From NCBI GenBank assembly GCA_053919585.1, contig JBSSHM010000304.1: a DNA stretch of 59,935 nucleotides. The stretch is one strand, 5' to 3'. Position 1 is the stretch's first letter, and each line of letters begins with the position of its first letter. The position numbers were made by a program, and so were the translations under genes. This document shows positions 19,738 through 31,293 of this stretch, in pieces. The stretch comes from Euprymna scolopes. Lineage: Eukaryota. The notes under the pieces were generated by a model. The model saw only the letters and a list, made by a program, of their open reading frames with translations, did not search any database and had not been told where the DNA came from.

Positions 19738-20955
19738 ATGCCAGCTTTTGAATACACAGCACTAAATCGTAATAATAAGCAAGTAAAAGGCATCCTTGAA
19801 GCAGATTCAGAGCGACATTTACGCCAACAACTGCGAGAAAAGGCTCTTATTCCAATTGCCATTAAAAGCCCTAAAAAGAAGAAAAAAAGTGGTAAGGGAA
19901 AAAGTTTTAATTTAAGCCTATCCTCAAAAAAATTAAAAACATCGGATATGGTGATTATTACCCGCCAGTTAGCGAACTTAATTCGTGCAGCACTGCCTGT
20001 TGATGAAGCCATTCGCACTATTGCAGAGCATAATAATACAACCATACGTAAGGTACTATCTGAAACACGCTCAAGAGTGATAGAAGGAGTTTCTCTCAGC
20101 AAGGCACTAAAAGAGCAAGGGGTATTTAATGAGGAGTATAGTTCCACGATTGCTGCAGGTGAGCGTTCTGGAGAATTGGCAACAGTATTAGAAAAGATGG
20201 CAGATGATATAGAGAGAAAAGAGAAATTCTTAGGAGGAATCAAAACAGCAATGATCTATCCGGCAGTGATTGCTATTGCCTCTGTTGCCGCAGTGATTGC
20301 CTTGCTGACCTATGTTGTACCACAGGTGGTTGAGACCTTTTCCTCCTCTAACCGTCAGTTACCAACATTAACAATTATGATGATTAGCGTTAGTGATTTC
20401 CTTAGAGATTATGGAAAAATCTTACTAATTTTAATAACTATTTCAGCATTAGCTTTTAAGCTTTCTTTACGTGTTACATCTGTACATTTACGATGGCATC
20501 GATTTTTGATGAACACACCATTTATTGGAAAAATTTTCATTGGTTCTAACAATTCGCAATTTGCTCGAAATTTTAGCTTAATGCAGGCTGCTGGAGTGCC
20601 AGTAATTGATGCATTAAAGATTACAGCAAACACCCTATCTTGTTTACCCATGCAACAAGCTATTTATTCTGCTACAGAGCTGGTACGTGAAGGAAGCTCC
20701 ATTTTTAAAGCCCTAGAAAAATTTGAAGCATTGCCACCAATGACCTTATATATGTTAGCCAGTGGAGAGAAAAGTGGCAAATTATCTGAAATGATGGAAC
20801 GTGCAGCAATTAATCAAGAGCATGAACTTCAACAATTCACATCAAGTATGCTGAGTATATTAGAGCCACTGATTATGTTAATTATGGGAGGCTTTGTTTT
20901 ATTGATTGTACTGTCTATTTTGATGCCTATTTTTGAATTTAATCAATTGGTTTAG
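19738..20955 (+). CDS. gspF: Type II secretion inner membrane platform GspF
   Basis: MPAFEYTAL, AAGERSGEL, AMIYPAV, SGEKSGKL, LEPLIML. Confidence 0.95.
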   Translation: MPAFEYTALNRNNKQVKGILEADSERHLRQQLREKALIPIAIKSPKKKKKSGKGKSFNLSLSSKKLKTSDMVIITRQLANLIRAALPVDEAIRTIAEHNNTTIRKVLSETRSRVIEGVSLSKALKEQGVFNEEYSSTIAAGERSGELATVLEKMADDIERKEKFLGGIKTAMIYPAVIAIASVAAVIALLTYVVPQVVETFSSSNRQLPTLTIMMISVSDFLRDYGKILLILITISALAFKLSLRVTSVHLRWHRFLMNTPFIGKIFIGSNNSQFARNFSLMQAAGVPVIDALKITANTLSCLPMQQAIYSATELVREGSSIFKALEKFEALPPMTLYMLASGEKSGKLSEMMERAAINQEHELQQFTSSMLSILEPLIMLIMGGFVLLIVLSILMPIFEFNQLV

Positions 20956-21004
20956 GGTTTGTTCAACTGGTAACTATCGTTGAGTAGTTTAAAGCTTTTA
21001 TTAT

Positions 21005-22051
21005 TTATAACAATCTAGTTGCCTCAATAAAGTCGATAAAAGATTTAGGAAGGGGACTCTCTACCTTTATTTTATGGTTATTGACTGGATGCATAAAGCT
21101 CAATTCACTAGCGTGTAAAGCCAGTCTCCCTAGCTTAGTATGGTGAGTTTTTTCTGTTTGTATAGCTAGGGCTTGGTCCAGCTTACGTTCACCATACTTA
21201 TCATCACCAATAATGGGACAATTGTTGCTTTGGCAATGGACTCGAATTTGATGAGTTCTTCCTGTTTCTAAGCGTGCATTTAGCATCGTACAATCATTTA
21301 ATTTTTGTGCGATGTCAAAATGAGTTAGGGCATACTGCCCATTCTTATCTATCTTCACTCGGCGTTCGCCATTTGGCATCAGATAGCGCAACAAAGGTTG
21401 ATTAACGGCATGCCATTTAGGAGACCAAATGCCATGCACAATAACGGTATATATTTTTCTAACCTCATTTTGTCTAAACTGTTGATGCAGTTGTCTCAGT
21501 ATACTGCGTCGTTTAGCAACAAGTAAGCAACCAGAAGTATCTCTATCTAAGCGGTGTGCCAACTCAGCTTTGTGCCAGTTATCCACATGGTTAAGTTGCT
21601 CAATTAGACCATCTTGAGCACCTATTTTTCCACCACCATGCACTGCCAAACCATAAGGTTTATTGAACACAGCGAGATACTCATCCTCGTAAAGAATATT
21701 ATCCAGTAATTCCTTAATCAAGGTTGAATTGACTCGTGAAGAAGGAGTTTTTCTTTTCTCATCTGCCACATATGGCGGTAGGCGAACTTGGTCGCCTATT
21801 TGTAATTTATAAGAGGCTTTTATCCGTCCCTTATTAACTCGTACTTCACCGCCTCGTAACATTCTGTAAACTCGGCTTTTTGGTACAGAGCGGTAATAAC
21901 GAATAAGAAAATTGTCAATTCGTTGCTGATGTTCATCAATACTAATTTCATAGTAACTGACCTTATGATGAGCCGTTGGTAAAGCTTTTGCTTTTTCAAC
22001 GGCTTTTGAAGGAGAATGAAAGAGAGGTTTTTTTTTGATTTTTTGTCGCAT
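21005..22051 (-). CDS. rluC: 23S rRNA pseudouridine(955/2504/2580) synthase
   Basis: QRIDNFL..VPKSRVYRMLRGGEVRVNKGR S4 domain, HRLDRDTSG, TGRTHQIRVH. Confidence 0.92.
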   Translation of the reverse strand: MRQKIKKKPLFHSPSKAVEKAKALPTAHHKVSYYEISIDEHQQRIDNFLIRYYRSVPKSRVYRMLRGGEVRVNKGRIKASYKLQIGDQVRLPPYVADEKRKTPSSRVNSTLIKELLDNILYEDEYLAVFNKPYGLAVHGGGKIGAQDGLIEQLNHVDNWHKAELAHRLDRDTSGCLLVAKRRSILRQLHQQFRQNEVRKIYTVIVHGIWSPKWHAVNQPLLRYLMPNGERRVKIDKNGQYALTHFDIAQKLNDCTMLNARLETGRTHQIRVHCQSNNCPIIGDDKYGERKLDQALAIQTEKTHHTKLGRLALHASELSFMHPVNNHKIKVESPLPKSFIDFIEATRLL

Positions 22052-22056
22052 AGGTT

Positions 22057-22824
22057 TTAAATTTTGCGAATATTAAAAGCTTGTTTAAGAGTAATTTGAG
22101 TAGCATTTTTTTGATCGCATACTATTAATTCTCCCTTTGCATTGATTCCTTGAGCAATGGCATGGTAACGGTAAAAAAAATTATGTTCTTGAGCACTTCT
22201 TCTATGGGAGATAGGGGCAAGATTAGGCAATTGTTCGCTCAATTCGAAAGAGATAGCTTGGTTAAACAAACAATCATACTGTCTCCATAATTGAAAATCA
22301 ATATCTATATGAGGTGTCTCAGTAACGGCTTTGAGTATTTGGCTAACGCCCATTAGTATGTCATTATAAGTAAACCCATTTTTTTTAATATATACTTTTT
22401 GTATATGGTCTATAGATAAATTGACTCCAATACCCAACACGACTTTTGTATAATCTCTGCAAACTTTTGTTTCAATTAATAGTCCACCAACTTTAGACTC
22501 ACTTAAAGTATGTTTAATTGGTTTATTGTCCGTAGTGAACAAGATCAAATCATTCGGCCATTTAAGTTTACTATTAATGCCAAATTTAGCGAAAAAATCA
22601 GCTAATTGTAAGCCACATAAGACACTAAGGTGAGTGGGAATATTTTTCATTAACGTGGCATAAGATAATAATAAATCACCTTGGTGACTACACCAATGAT
22701 TAGCTCTTCTTCCTCTACCAGCAGTTTGTTGAGAAGCCACGCAATAGAAAGGAAGGGGGCGTTCTTGCTTAAGAGCCCATTCATTGGTAGAAGGCAATTG
22801 ATTAAAAAAATAGAAAACACTCAT
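22057..22824 (-). CDS. birA: Biotin--[acetyl-CoA-carboxylase] ligase without HTH domain
   Basis: STNEWA, QTAGRGRR, LKWPND, KVGGLLIE, GIGVN. Confidence 0.88.
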   Translation of the reverse strand: MSVFYFFNQLPSTNEWALKQERPLPFYCVASQQTAGRGRRANHWCSHQGDLLLSYATLMKNIPTHLSVLCGLQLADFFAKFGINSKLKWPNDLILFTTDNKPIKHTLSESKVGGLLIETKVCRDYTKVVLGIGVNLSIDHIQKVYIKKNGFTYNDILMGVSQILKAVTETPHIDIDFQLWRQYDCLFNQAISFELSEQLPNLAPISHRRSAQEHNFFYRYHAIAQGINAKGELIVCDQKNATQITLKQAFNIRKI

Positions 22825-23092
22825 GTTGTTATGGATAATTGGCTATCTAAAACAGTCAAATAGCTCTTAAATTTGAGGCAAACATCAGATAAGAATAGTT
22901 TGATGACAAATTCACCTGTGCACTTTACTAGATAAATTTATTTTATTTCAATAATAAAGCCCGTATAAATACTGGCTAACAATTGATAAATTTAACCTCA
23001 AGAGGAATGATGAAAAGACAATTATACTGCCTACTTCGGTTATAATTAATACGCCGATGTATTACTTTTTAAATTAATGAATTAAAAAAATT

Positions 23093-23332
23093 ATGAAATC
23101 AGACATTCATCCTGAATATCGTCAAGTAGTCTTTCAAGACATACCAACAGGTGAGACTTTTATAACCAGTTCCACGCTAAATTCTTCTGACACAATTGAG
23201 CTAGATGGTCAAACTTATCCGCTTATTCGTGTAGATGTATCCAGTGCTTCACACCCGTTTTATACCGGTAAGCAAAATGTGGGTGCAACACGTGGACGAG
23301 TTGAGAAGTTCATGGAAAAATATGGCATGTAA
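23093..23332 (+). CDS. rpmE2: 50S ribosomal protein L31 type B (no zinc-binding Cys)
   Basis: [34 protein letters not shown]; contains no Cys. Confidence 0.95.
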   Translation: MKSDIHPEYRQVVFQDIPTGETFITSSTLNSSDTIELDGQTYPLIRVDVSSASHPFYTGKQNVGATRGRVEKFMEKYGM

Positions 23333-23367
23333 TATCGCTAAGTGAACACAGTATTCACTATTATTTA

Positions 23368-23398
23368 GCACCAGCCTCAGTTGCTGGTGTTTTTTTTT
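23368..23398 (+). terminator. Rho-independent terminator after rpmE2
   Basis: GCACCAGC-ctcagtt-GCTGGTGT followed by a T run. Confidence 0.85.
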
Positions 23399-23423
23399 GT
23401 AACAAAAACGGGAATACATTCTT

Positions 23424-24485
23424 GTGTCAGATAAAACAACTAAGCATCGTTTTCTTAAGGCGTTATTAAGAGAACCCGTCGATCGTACGCCGGTATGGAT
23501 TATGCGTCAAGCAGGTAGGTATTTACCAGAGTATCGAGAAACTCGTAAGCAGGCAGGTTCTTTTTTGGATTTATGCAAAAATCCTGAACTAGCAACAGAA
23601 GTTACTCTACAACCTTTGCGTCGATTCCCTCAATTAGATGCAGCAATTTTATTTTCTGATATTTTAACCATTCCAGATGCCATGGGTCTTGGGCTTAATT
23701 TTTCAGAAGGTGAGGGTCCTGTTTTTCGCAATCCGATTACTCATCGCCAAGATATTGATGCAATTAAAACATTAACGATTGAAAAAGATTTAGATTATGT
23801 CTTACAGGCTGTGGAGCGGATTCGTCATGAATTAGATGAGCGAGTACCGTTAATAGGCTTTTCTGGTAGCCCATGGACGTTAGCAACTTACATGGTTGAA
23901 GGAAGAGGAAAAACAGATTTTGGTAAAATAAAGCAACTAGCATACGAGCATACACAAGATTGTTTATTGCTACTAGATAAACTTGTGGATGCGGTGGCAG
24001 ATTATTTAAATGCACAAATCAGAAAGGGTGCACAAGCCATACAAATTTTTGATACATGGGGTGGTATACTCAGCACACAAGCCTATTATGATTTTTCTCT
24101 CTCCCCGATGGTTAGAGTTATGGAGCGTTTACATCGCACACATAATGGTCAACAAATTCCAATTATTCTATTTACCAAAGGAGGAGGAAACTGGTTAGAG
24201 GCAATGGCACAAAGTGGTGCAGATGCATTAGGCATTGATTGGAGTGTGGACATTAAAAAAGCGAAAAAAATGGTAGGAGATAAAGTTGCTTTGCAAGGCA
24301 ATTTAGATCCCAGTATTTTAAAATATAATACTGAAGTGGTACGCAGAGAAACCCGACAAATCATAACAGATTTTTCTTATGATGGTTCATCAACGGGCCA
24401 TGTATTTAACCTAGGTCATGGCATTACGCCAGATATAAATCCACAACGAGTCAACGATATGTTGCTTGAAATTGCTAATTCTTAA
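23424..24485 (+). CDS. hemE: Uroporphyrinogen decarboxylase
   Basis: [31 protein letters not shown]. Confidence 0.97.
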   Translation: MSDKTTKHRFLKALLREPVDRTPVWIMRQAGRYLPEYRETRKQAGSFLDLCKNPELATEVTLQPLRRFPQLDAAILFSDILTIPDAMGLGLNFSEGEGPVFRNPITHRQDIDAIKTLTIEKDLDYVLQAVERIRHELDERVPLIGFSGSPWTLATYMVEGRGKTDFGKIKQLAYEHTQDCLLLLDKLVDAVADYLNAQIRKGAQAIQIFDTWGGILSTQAYYDFSLSPMVRVMERLHRTHNGQQIPIILFTKGGGNWLEAMAQSGADALGIDWSVDIKKAKKMVGDKVALQGNLDPSILKYNTEVVRRETRQIITDFSYDGSSTGHVFNLGHGITPDINPQRVNDMLLEIANS

Positions 24486-24506
24486 TCATACAAAACAGAT
24501 ACTCCA

Positions 24507-26054
24507 ATGATTGATTTTATTACCACTACTGCTCTACAAAACCAGTCATGCGATTGCATATGCATCGGCTTTTATAGTGACAAATTACAAGAAAATTTTT
24601 CTGCAAATAGTGAGTTAACTACACTACTGAGGGATGGAAATATTGAGGAAATCATTTCACAAGGTGATTTTACGGGAAAATTAGGTTTGACTCATTTAGT
24701 CTCAATGGGTAAAAACAATGCTTGTACACCACGAATTTTACTTGTGGGTTTAGGAGAATCTGAAAAATGCAGTAAAAAAAATTACCACAAAGCCATTGAG
24801 AGCATAATCTCGGCAATCAAGCCATTACCAATTAAGCACTTAGGCGTCCATCTGTTCGCAGCTTGTAAGGAAGAGCTTTCCATCACATATATGTTACAGC
24901 AGTTAGCATTTCAATTGCAGCGTCAAACTTATCAGTATAGTAAGCAGGCATTACAGCAAGGCATTGCTCTTTATACAAAAGATAATTGCAGTAAAGATAC
25001 AGACAAGCATACCCCACTAGAAAAAGTAAGCTGTATCGTTAATCAAACAATTAACGATGAGCAACAAGGAAATGACGCACTATTTCTAGGAGCATCATTA
25101 GGAATGGGGGTGAACACCACACGTTTCCTTGGAGATTTGCCAGCCAATGTTTGCACGCCAACGTACTTAGCTAATTTTGCTGAGCAAATGGGACAGCAAT
25201 ATGACTGTTTAACCATCCGAGTTAAAGATGAAGCTGACATGCAACAGTTAGGGATGAATGTATTGCTGAGTGTGAGTCAAGGCAGTAAACAAGAAGCTAA
25301 ATTTATTGAGATTGAATACACACCAGGGCAAGCAAAAAGCAATGATACGATTGTATTAGTGGGTAAAGGTGTTACCTTTGATACAGGAGGGATCTCATTA
25401 AAACCCTCTGCTAGTATGGATGAAATGAAATACGATATGTGTGGGGCAGCCAGTGTATTTGGCACCATGCATTTTCTTGCTGAAAGCATGTCCTGTCAAA
25501 CTCGAGTGGTAGCAGTCATTCCAGCAGTAGAAAATATGCCATCAGATCGGGCAACTAAACCGGGAGATATTTTCCTATCCTACTCTGGAAAAACTGTTGA
25601 AGTACTTAATACTGATGCTGAAGGTCGCTTGATTCTAGCTGATGCATTAAGCTACGCTGAAGAAACCTATCAGCCGACAAAAATGATTAATGTGGCAACT
25701 CTCACAGGGGCATGCATTATTGCATTAGGCAATCACCGAAGTGCAGTGATGTCCAATGATGATGCATTTGCTAAGGAACTTATGGAGGTTGGACAGTCCG
25801 TATGTGACCCCTGTTGGCAACTCCCTTTAGACGATGAATACGATAAGCTTCTGCACAGTAATTTTGCGGACATGGCTAATATTGGTGGACGAGCTGCTGG
25901 CAGTATTACCGCAGGTTGCTTTCTCAAACGTTTTGTAAAAAATACTACGTGGGCACATCTTGATATTGCAGGTGTGGCATGGTTAGAAGGTAAGAAAAAA
26001 GGAGCAACGGGTCGCCCTGTGCCGTTATTAGCCAATTGGATCATACAACAATAA
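24507..26054 (+). CDS. pepA: Leucyl aminopeptidase (M17)
   Basis: VGKGVTFDTGGISLK, MKYDMCG, NTDAEGRL, WAHLDIAG. Confidence 0.95.
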   Translation: MIDFITTTALQNQSCDCICIGFYSDKLQENFSANSELTTLLRDGNIEEIISQGDFTGKLGLTHLVSMGKNNACTPRILLVGLGESEKCSKKNYHKAIESIISAIKPLPIKHLGVHLFAACKEELSITYMLQQLAFQLQRQTYQYSKQALQQGIALYTKDNCSKDTDKHTPLEKVSCIVNQTINDEQQGNDALFLGASLGMGVNTTRFLGDLPANVCTPTYLANFAEQMGQQYDCLTIRVKDEADMQQLGMNVLLSVSQGSKQEAKFIEIEYTPGQAKSNDTIVLVGKGVTFDTGGISLKPSASMDEMKYDMCGAASVFGTMHFLAESMSCQTRVVAVIPAVENMPSDRATKPGDIFLSYSGKTVEVLNTDAEGRLILADALSYAEETYQPTKMINVATLTGACIIALGNHRSAVMSNDDAFAKELMEVGQSVCDPCWQLPLDDEYDKLLHSNFADMANIGGRAAGSITAGCFLKRFVKNTTWAHLDIAGVAWLEGKKKGATGRPVPLLANWIIQQ

Positions 26055-26060
26055 ATACCC

Positions 26061-28857
26061 ATGTCTATCGATAAAACTTATCAACCCAAAGCCATGGAGC
26101 AGAAGCTCTATGAACGTTGGGAAAAAGAAAATCATTTTGCTGCCGAAGATAGTTGCACCGAAAAGCCTGCTTGGTGCTTGATGATTCCGCCACCCAATGT
26201 AACGGGGAGTTTGCATATGGGACATGCCTTTCAAGATACGATTATGGATTGTTTAACTCGTTATCACCGTATGAAAGGCAACAATGCTTTATGGCAACCG
26301 GGTACCGATCATGCAGGTATTGCCACGCAAATGCTTGTTGAACGTAAGCTACTTGGGGAAGGTGTGAAGCGTACCGACCTTGGGCGAGAAAAGTTTATTG
26401 ATAAAGTATGGGAATGGAAAAATCAATCAGGTGGTAATATCTCACGTCAATTGAGACGCATGGGTGCATCTGTAGATTGGCAGCGTGAACGCTTTACCAT
26501 GGACAAAGAGATGTCGGATGCGGTAACGGAGGTTTTTGTTCGCCTGCATGAACAAGGCTTAATTTATCGAGGCAAGCGATTAGTCAATTGGGATCCTAAA
26601 TTGCTTTCTGCGATTTCTGATTTAGAAGTCATTAACAAAGAAGAAAAAGGCTTTTTATACACAGTTCGCTATCCTTTTGTTGATGGTGAAGTAGCTGGTA
26701 AAAAATATCTCTTAATTGCAACTACCCGTCCAGAAACCATCTTGGCAGATGGTGCTTTAGCCGTCAATCCAAAAGATGAAAGATATGCTGAATTTATTGG
26801 AAAAACAGTATGGGTACCGATGACGGAGCGTCAAATCCCTGTGATTGCTGATGACTACGTTGATCCTGAGTTTGGTACAGGCTGTGTGAAAATCACGCCA
26901 GCACATGATTTTAATGACTATCAAGTCGGTCAACGGCACGAAATGGAAGTCATTAATCTCTTTACCCCAGAGGCAATTATGAATGAAAATGCTCCAAGCA
27001 GGTATCAGGGGCTAGAGCGTTTTGAGGCACGGGATAAAATCGTGGAAGATTTACGCTCAGCAGAGTTATTAGTTTCCATTGATGATCATGAAATGAAGCG
27101 TCCCTATGGTGATCGCTCTGGTGTAGTGATTGAACCATATCTTACTGACCAGTGGTTTGTTAAAGCCGATGTATTAGCGAAAAAAGCCATTGAAGTAGTA
27201 AAAAATAAAGACATTCAATTTATTCCGCAAAACTGGGAAAATACCTACTTCCAGTGGTTAGAAAATATTCAAGATTGGTGTATTTCTCGCCAGCTTTGGT
27301 GGGGGCATCGTATTCCCGTGTGGTACAAAGAAGATGGCACGCATATTGTTGCAAAAGATGAAGAAGCTGCAAAAAAAATAGCTGATGAGAGTGGTTACAC
27401 AGGGTCATTAAGACAAGATGAAGATGTGTTGGATACATGGTTCTCCTCGGCATTGTGGCCATTTTCAACGTTAGGTTGGCCAGATTCAACCGATGCCTTA
27501 AAAACTTTCTATCCAACCAGTATTTTAGTGACAGGCTTTGACATTATTTTCTTTTGGGTAGCACGAATGATAATGTTTGGCGTGCACTTTACTGGTGAAG
27601 TTCCATTCAAGCAAATTTATGTACACGGTTTGGTACGTGATAGCAAAGGCGATAAAATGTCTAAATCAAAAGGTAACGTACTGGATCCTATCGATATTAT
27701 TGATGGCGTTAGCCTAGATACCTTGCTTGAAAAACGAACAACCGGATTGATGCAACCCCAACTTGCGGAAAAAATTCGTCAAGACACCATCAAAGAATAT
27801 CCAGAGGGGATTCCAACCTATGGTTGCGATGCCCTACGTTTTACCTTTATGGCAATGGCATCAACAGGTAGAGATATTCGCTTTGAACTAAACCGTTGTG
27901 AAGGCTATCGTAATTTCTGTAATAAGCTTTGGAATTCAGCTCGATTTACCATTAGCAAACATCAGCAAGTAACGGAAAATCAACAGCCAATAGCACTTTC
28001 AGAAGAGGATCAAGCCACCTTAATGCTGTGCAATCAATGGCTACATTCACGTCTGCACCAAACCGTTCAATCTATTGAAGATGCTATTGTAAAATACCGT
28101 TTTGATTTAATGGCAAATGTGCTTTATGAATTTGTTTGGCATGATTTTTGTGATTGGTACATTGAAATGATTAAGCCACTGATTAATAAATATGAAAATC
28201 AACAAGTTATTGAAGTGCTGATTAATACATTAGACAGTATCTGTCGCTTAGCACACCCGGTGATTCCTTTTATTACTGAGGAAATATGGCAACAATTACC
28301 CTTGTCTCAGCATGAAAAACAGACAAGTGCGATTATGCGTCAAGCTTATCCAGCATACGATAGTGAGAAAGTTGATTCACAAATAGAAGAAAAATTTGAT
28401 TGGCTAAAAGATTTAGTGACCACCGTGCGGAGCTTACGTGCAAAAAACAATATCAAACCATCAGCGACCATCAGTATTCTATTAGCCAATACCCACGCAC
28501 AAGATGAGCAATATCACAAGCTGTTTGCCTCGCTTATTCTCTTGCTTGGTAAAGCGAAATCTTGTGAGATATCTCAGCAAGATAGTTTGGGGATGACTGA
28601 CTTGTGTCGTCATTTTAAAATCACTATTCCCTTTGATGGTGCGATTGATTTAACTGCCGAGATTACACGCATTGAGAAAGAAATCAAACAATTAGAAAAG
28701 CAAAAAGCTACGCTAGATGGGAAAATTGAACAATCCAAATTATCTTGATAAAGCACCTGCTAAGTTAGTGGAAAAAAGTAGGCAATCTCACCAGCTTATT
28801 ACACAAAACATACAGGAATTAACCCAGCAAATTGCAAAATTAAAAAAGAGTGGCTAA
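26061..28857 (+). CDS. valS: Valine--tRNA ligase; apparent 1-nt insertion near the 3' end (about 28719-28725)
   Basis: PPPNVTGSLHMGH, KMSKS, DWCISRQLWWGH. After the shift, the alternate frame reads LNNPNYLDKAPAKLVEK..KLKKSG* (stop 28855-28857), the conserved C-terminal coiled coil. Fused length is 931 aa. Confidence 0.95.
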
Positions 28858-29554
28858 TCACCTAAATTCTATAAAAAGACACCTATGCATACTGTTTTTA
28901 TCCCTCAGTATTATAGCTATCAGTTTGCCGCTTCATGCCAAAACTTTTGTGGGTTATGTTAGTGATAACTTAACCACCGTTTTGTATGCTAATCCAGATT
29001 TGGATGCAAGCATTATTGCCTATTTAGATGCAGGGCAAAAAATTCATATTATTGCTGTCAATAACGAGAGTTGGAATCAAATTCGTCTAGAAGATGGCAA
29101 AGTTGGTTGGATTGAAAGTCAACACATCACCTCAACCCCAGGACGTCAACAACAAATATTTACTTTGAAAAAAGAACAATTGAGCTTACAAACAGAGCTT
29201 GCGGCAAATAAAAAAGAGGCGGCATTTCTACAAGAAGAAATCACCAAATATCGTCAGCAAAATCTTAACTTAAAAAAACAAATTTTCAACCAACAATCTA
29301 AGCTTACTCGCTATGAAGAAATTCTTGCAGATCCCTTAAAAATCAATCAAGAAAATCTACGCTTAAAGAAAAATATTGAATTTTTAAAATTTGATAATTC
29401 TGTGCTACAACGTAGCACCCAAGACATTCACGAGCGTAATCAATCTGAATGGCAAACGCTCGTGATTATTTTTTCCATTATTTTCTTACTCCTTGGCTAC
29501 ATTATTGGCAAGAGGCTGGCTGAAAATAAACGAGCCTTCTGGAAAAACCTCTAA
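28850..29554 (+). CDS. SH3 domain protein (YgiM/TIGR04211-like): signal peptide, SH3b, coiled coil, C-terminal TM
   Basis: YVSDNL..WNQIRLEDGKVGWIESQHI, a long coiled coil, and a C-terminal hydrophobic helix with basic tail. Confidence 0.75.
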   Translation: MANHLNSIKRHLCILFLSLSIIAISLPLHAKTFVGYVSDNLTTVLYANPDLDASIIAYLDAGQKIHIIAVNNESWNQIRLEDGKVGWIESQHITSTPGRQQQIFTLKKEQLSLQTELAANKKEAAFLQEEITKYRQQNLNLKKQIFNQQSKLTRYEEILADPLKINQENLRLKKNIEFLKFDNSVLQRSTQDIHERNQSEWQTLVIIFSIIFLLLGYIIGKRLAENKRAFWKNL

Positions 29555-29748
29555 TTAGCTTACAAGTAGAATCAATGCAAAGTGAATGGCTAAGTCAATA
29601 AGTACCTTTTCTTAGCACCGAAAAACTGAGAACGGCTTTCATCAATCGTGAAAGTCCGTGAATAATAGTGAAAACAACAAAAAACTTCTTTACAAGTTAC
29701 GAGAAAAAACTTGCAAAGTTAAAAGATTAGTGATGGTAAAGGTAGTGA

Positions 29749-29874
29749 TTAACGTTGTCTAGCCTTAAAACGACCATCAGTTTTATTGATCACAAAAATT
29801 TTGCCACGACGACGAACAATCTGGCAATCCTTATGTCTTTTCTTAGCTGACTTAAGAGAGGAAAGAATTTTCAT
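29749..29874 (-). CDS. ykgO: 50S ribosomal protein L36 type B (not in the ORF track)
   Basis: Manual translation gives [41 protein letters not shown] (41 aa). Confidence 0.95.
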   Translation of the reverse strand: MKILSSLKSAKKRHKDCQIVRRRGKIFVINKTDGRFKARQR

Positions 29875-30618
29875 AAAAGTATTAAGCGTAATTATCTGAA
29901 ATTAATACTGAAAGATTTTTTGTTTATTTTTAATTTAAGCAGTAATTTTAACACAAAAAGTATAGGAAATATATGAGTAAGGAGTAAAATACACAGAATG
30001 TGATGTAATTTTATGCGGTGGTTCTGATTTTATATTTCATGTCGGTTTTTTAGGTGATGGCGTGAAGGAGTCTTGATTTTATGAATAAATTTAGCAACTT
30101 AATGGATAAACCTAGAGCATTTTTTCAAAAAATGTTGATATGTTTTTATTTTGTTGATAGAATCCAATATAGAGTCACATATATATTTTTAAGGTTGAAA
30201 TTTTATTGTAACTTAGAGAATGCATTAGAATTATAGGTTTGTAGTAATTACAGATATAATTCTTCTGAAGAGTTACAATGGATAGATATTTAAATACACC
30301 TTAAACTGATGGATGTTATGTTTAGTAAGTCATTAATTTGTATTACATAGATATTATTAGAGAGCATACCAAAAGAAACTTTGGAAAAATACAAACATCG
30401 TGCTTATGTTAAGCGAGCACAGATTCGTACACAGACAGGTAAGGATATCTCTTCAAATATGGTGAGAGGTAATGTGTTCAGGCAGTTACAAATACAAAAA
30501 AAGCAATAAGCAAGTTGCTATTTGTAATTATTCTGTAGAAGGTTTTTGGAAAAGAATGGATAACCTTCTAGCAGATTCACCGTGCAAGTAAAAACAATTA
30601 GATTGCATTATTTAAGGA

Positions 30619-31258
30619 ATGAATACCATTTCCTGCTCATCTCAGTTATTTAAGGCACGTGCTATACATGATAATTACGCAGCAGCTTTAAAAGAGTTTG
30701 AGCAAACGTTTCTCGAGAGTCCTCCCATTGAGACACAAAAAATTTTGGAACAAGCACTTAGTGACCCCGAGTATCTTAATCAGATAGGTATGTCTACTGA
30801 GGGGGGTGGGTGGTAATAATAATTTGCAAAAGCTACTACTTTCTTTACAGATTTTATTTCATGATTTAATTGATTACACTGTAATTTATACTAAACAAGA
30901 AATTGAAAGAATATGTGGGTTGTATAGAAAAAGATTTATTCAGGATCATGCTAATAAAGAACTTGATGATGTGCTTGATATATTAAAGCAGTTAGATAGT
31001 GAAATTTCTATGTCAAGGAAGGTTCGTAAGTATAATAGGGATAAGAGTTATGTAAAGATTGCTGAAAATGAGTATAAACTACTTTTGCAGGCATATAAAA
31101 AATTAGAATACAAGATTATTAATCATGTTGCTGTTGCACAAGAAGATTATGATGAGAGATTCAACACAGTAAAAACAGAATTATCTAAATCTAGAAAATT
31201 AAATTGGATTCTAGGAGTGTTAACTTGCGTTAGTATTATAGTTGGGGTATCAACTTGA
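30619..31258 (+). CDS. Hypothetical alpha-helical protein with C-terminal TM, split at a G6 tract (30801-30806)
   Basis: RBS-like AAGGA immediately before ATG 30619. Removing one G fuses ORFs 30619-30816 and 30806-31258 into 212 aa ending LNWILGVLTCVSIIVGVST. Confidence 0.5.
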
Positions 31259-31293
31259 TTTTTCATTTGACATTAAAAAACAAATGCTACTCT

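Noticed and set aside
29574-29730. Stop-interrupted frame MQSEWLSQ*VPFLSTEKLRTAF.. between the SH3 gene and ykgO
   Set aside because: It has two internal stops and no recognisable family, so it cannot be supported as a gene or as stop-codon recoding.
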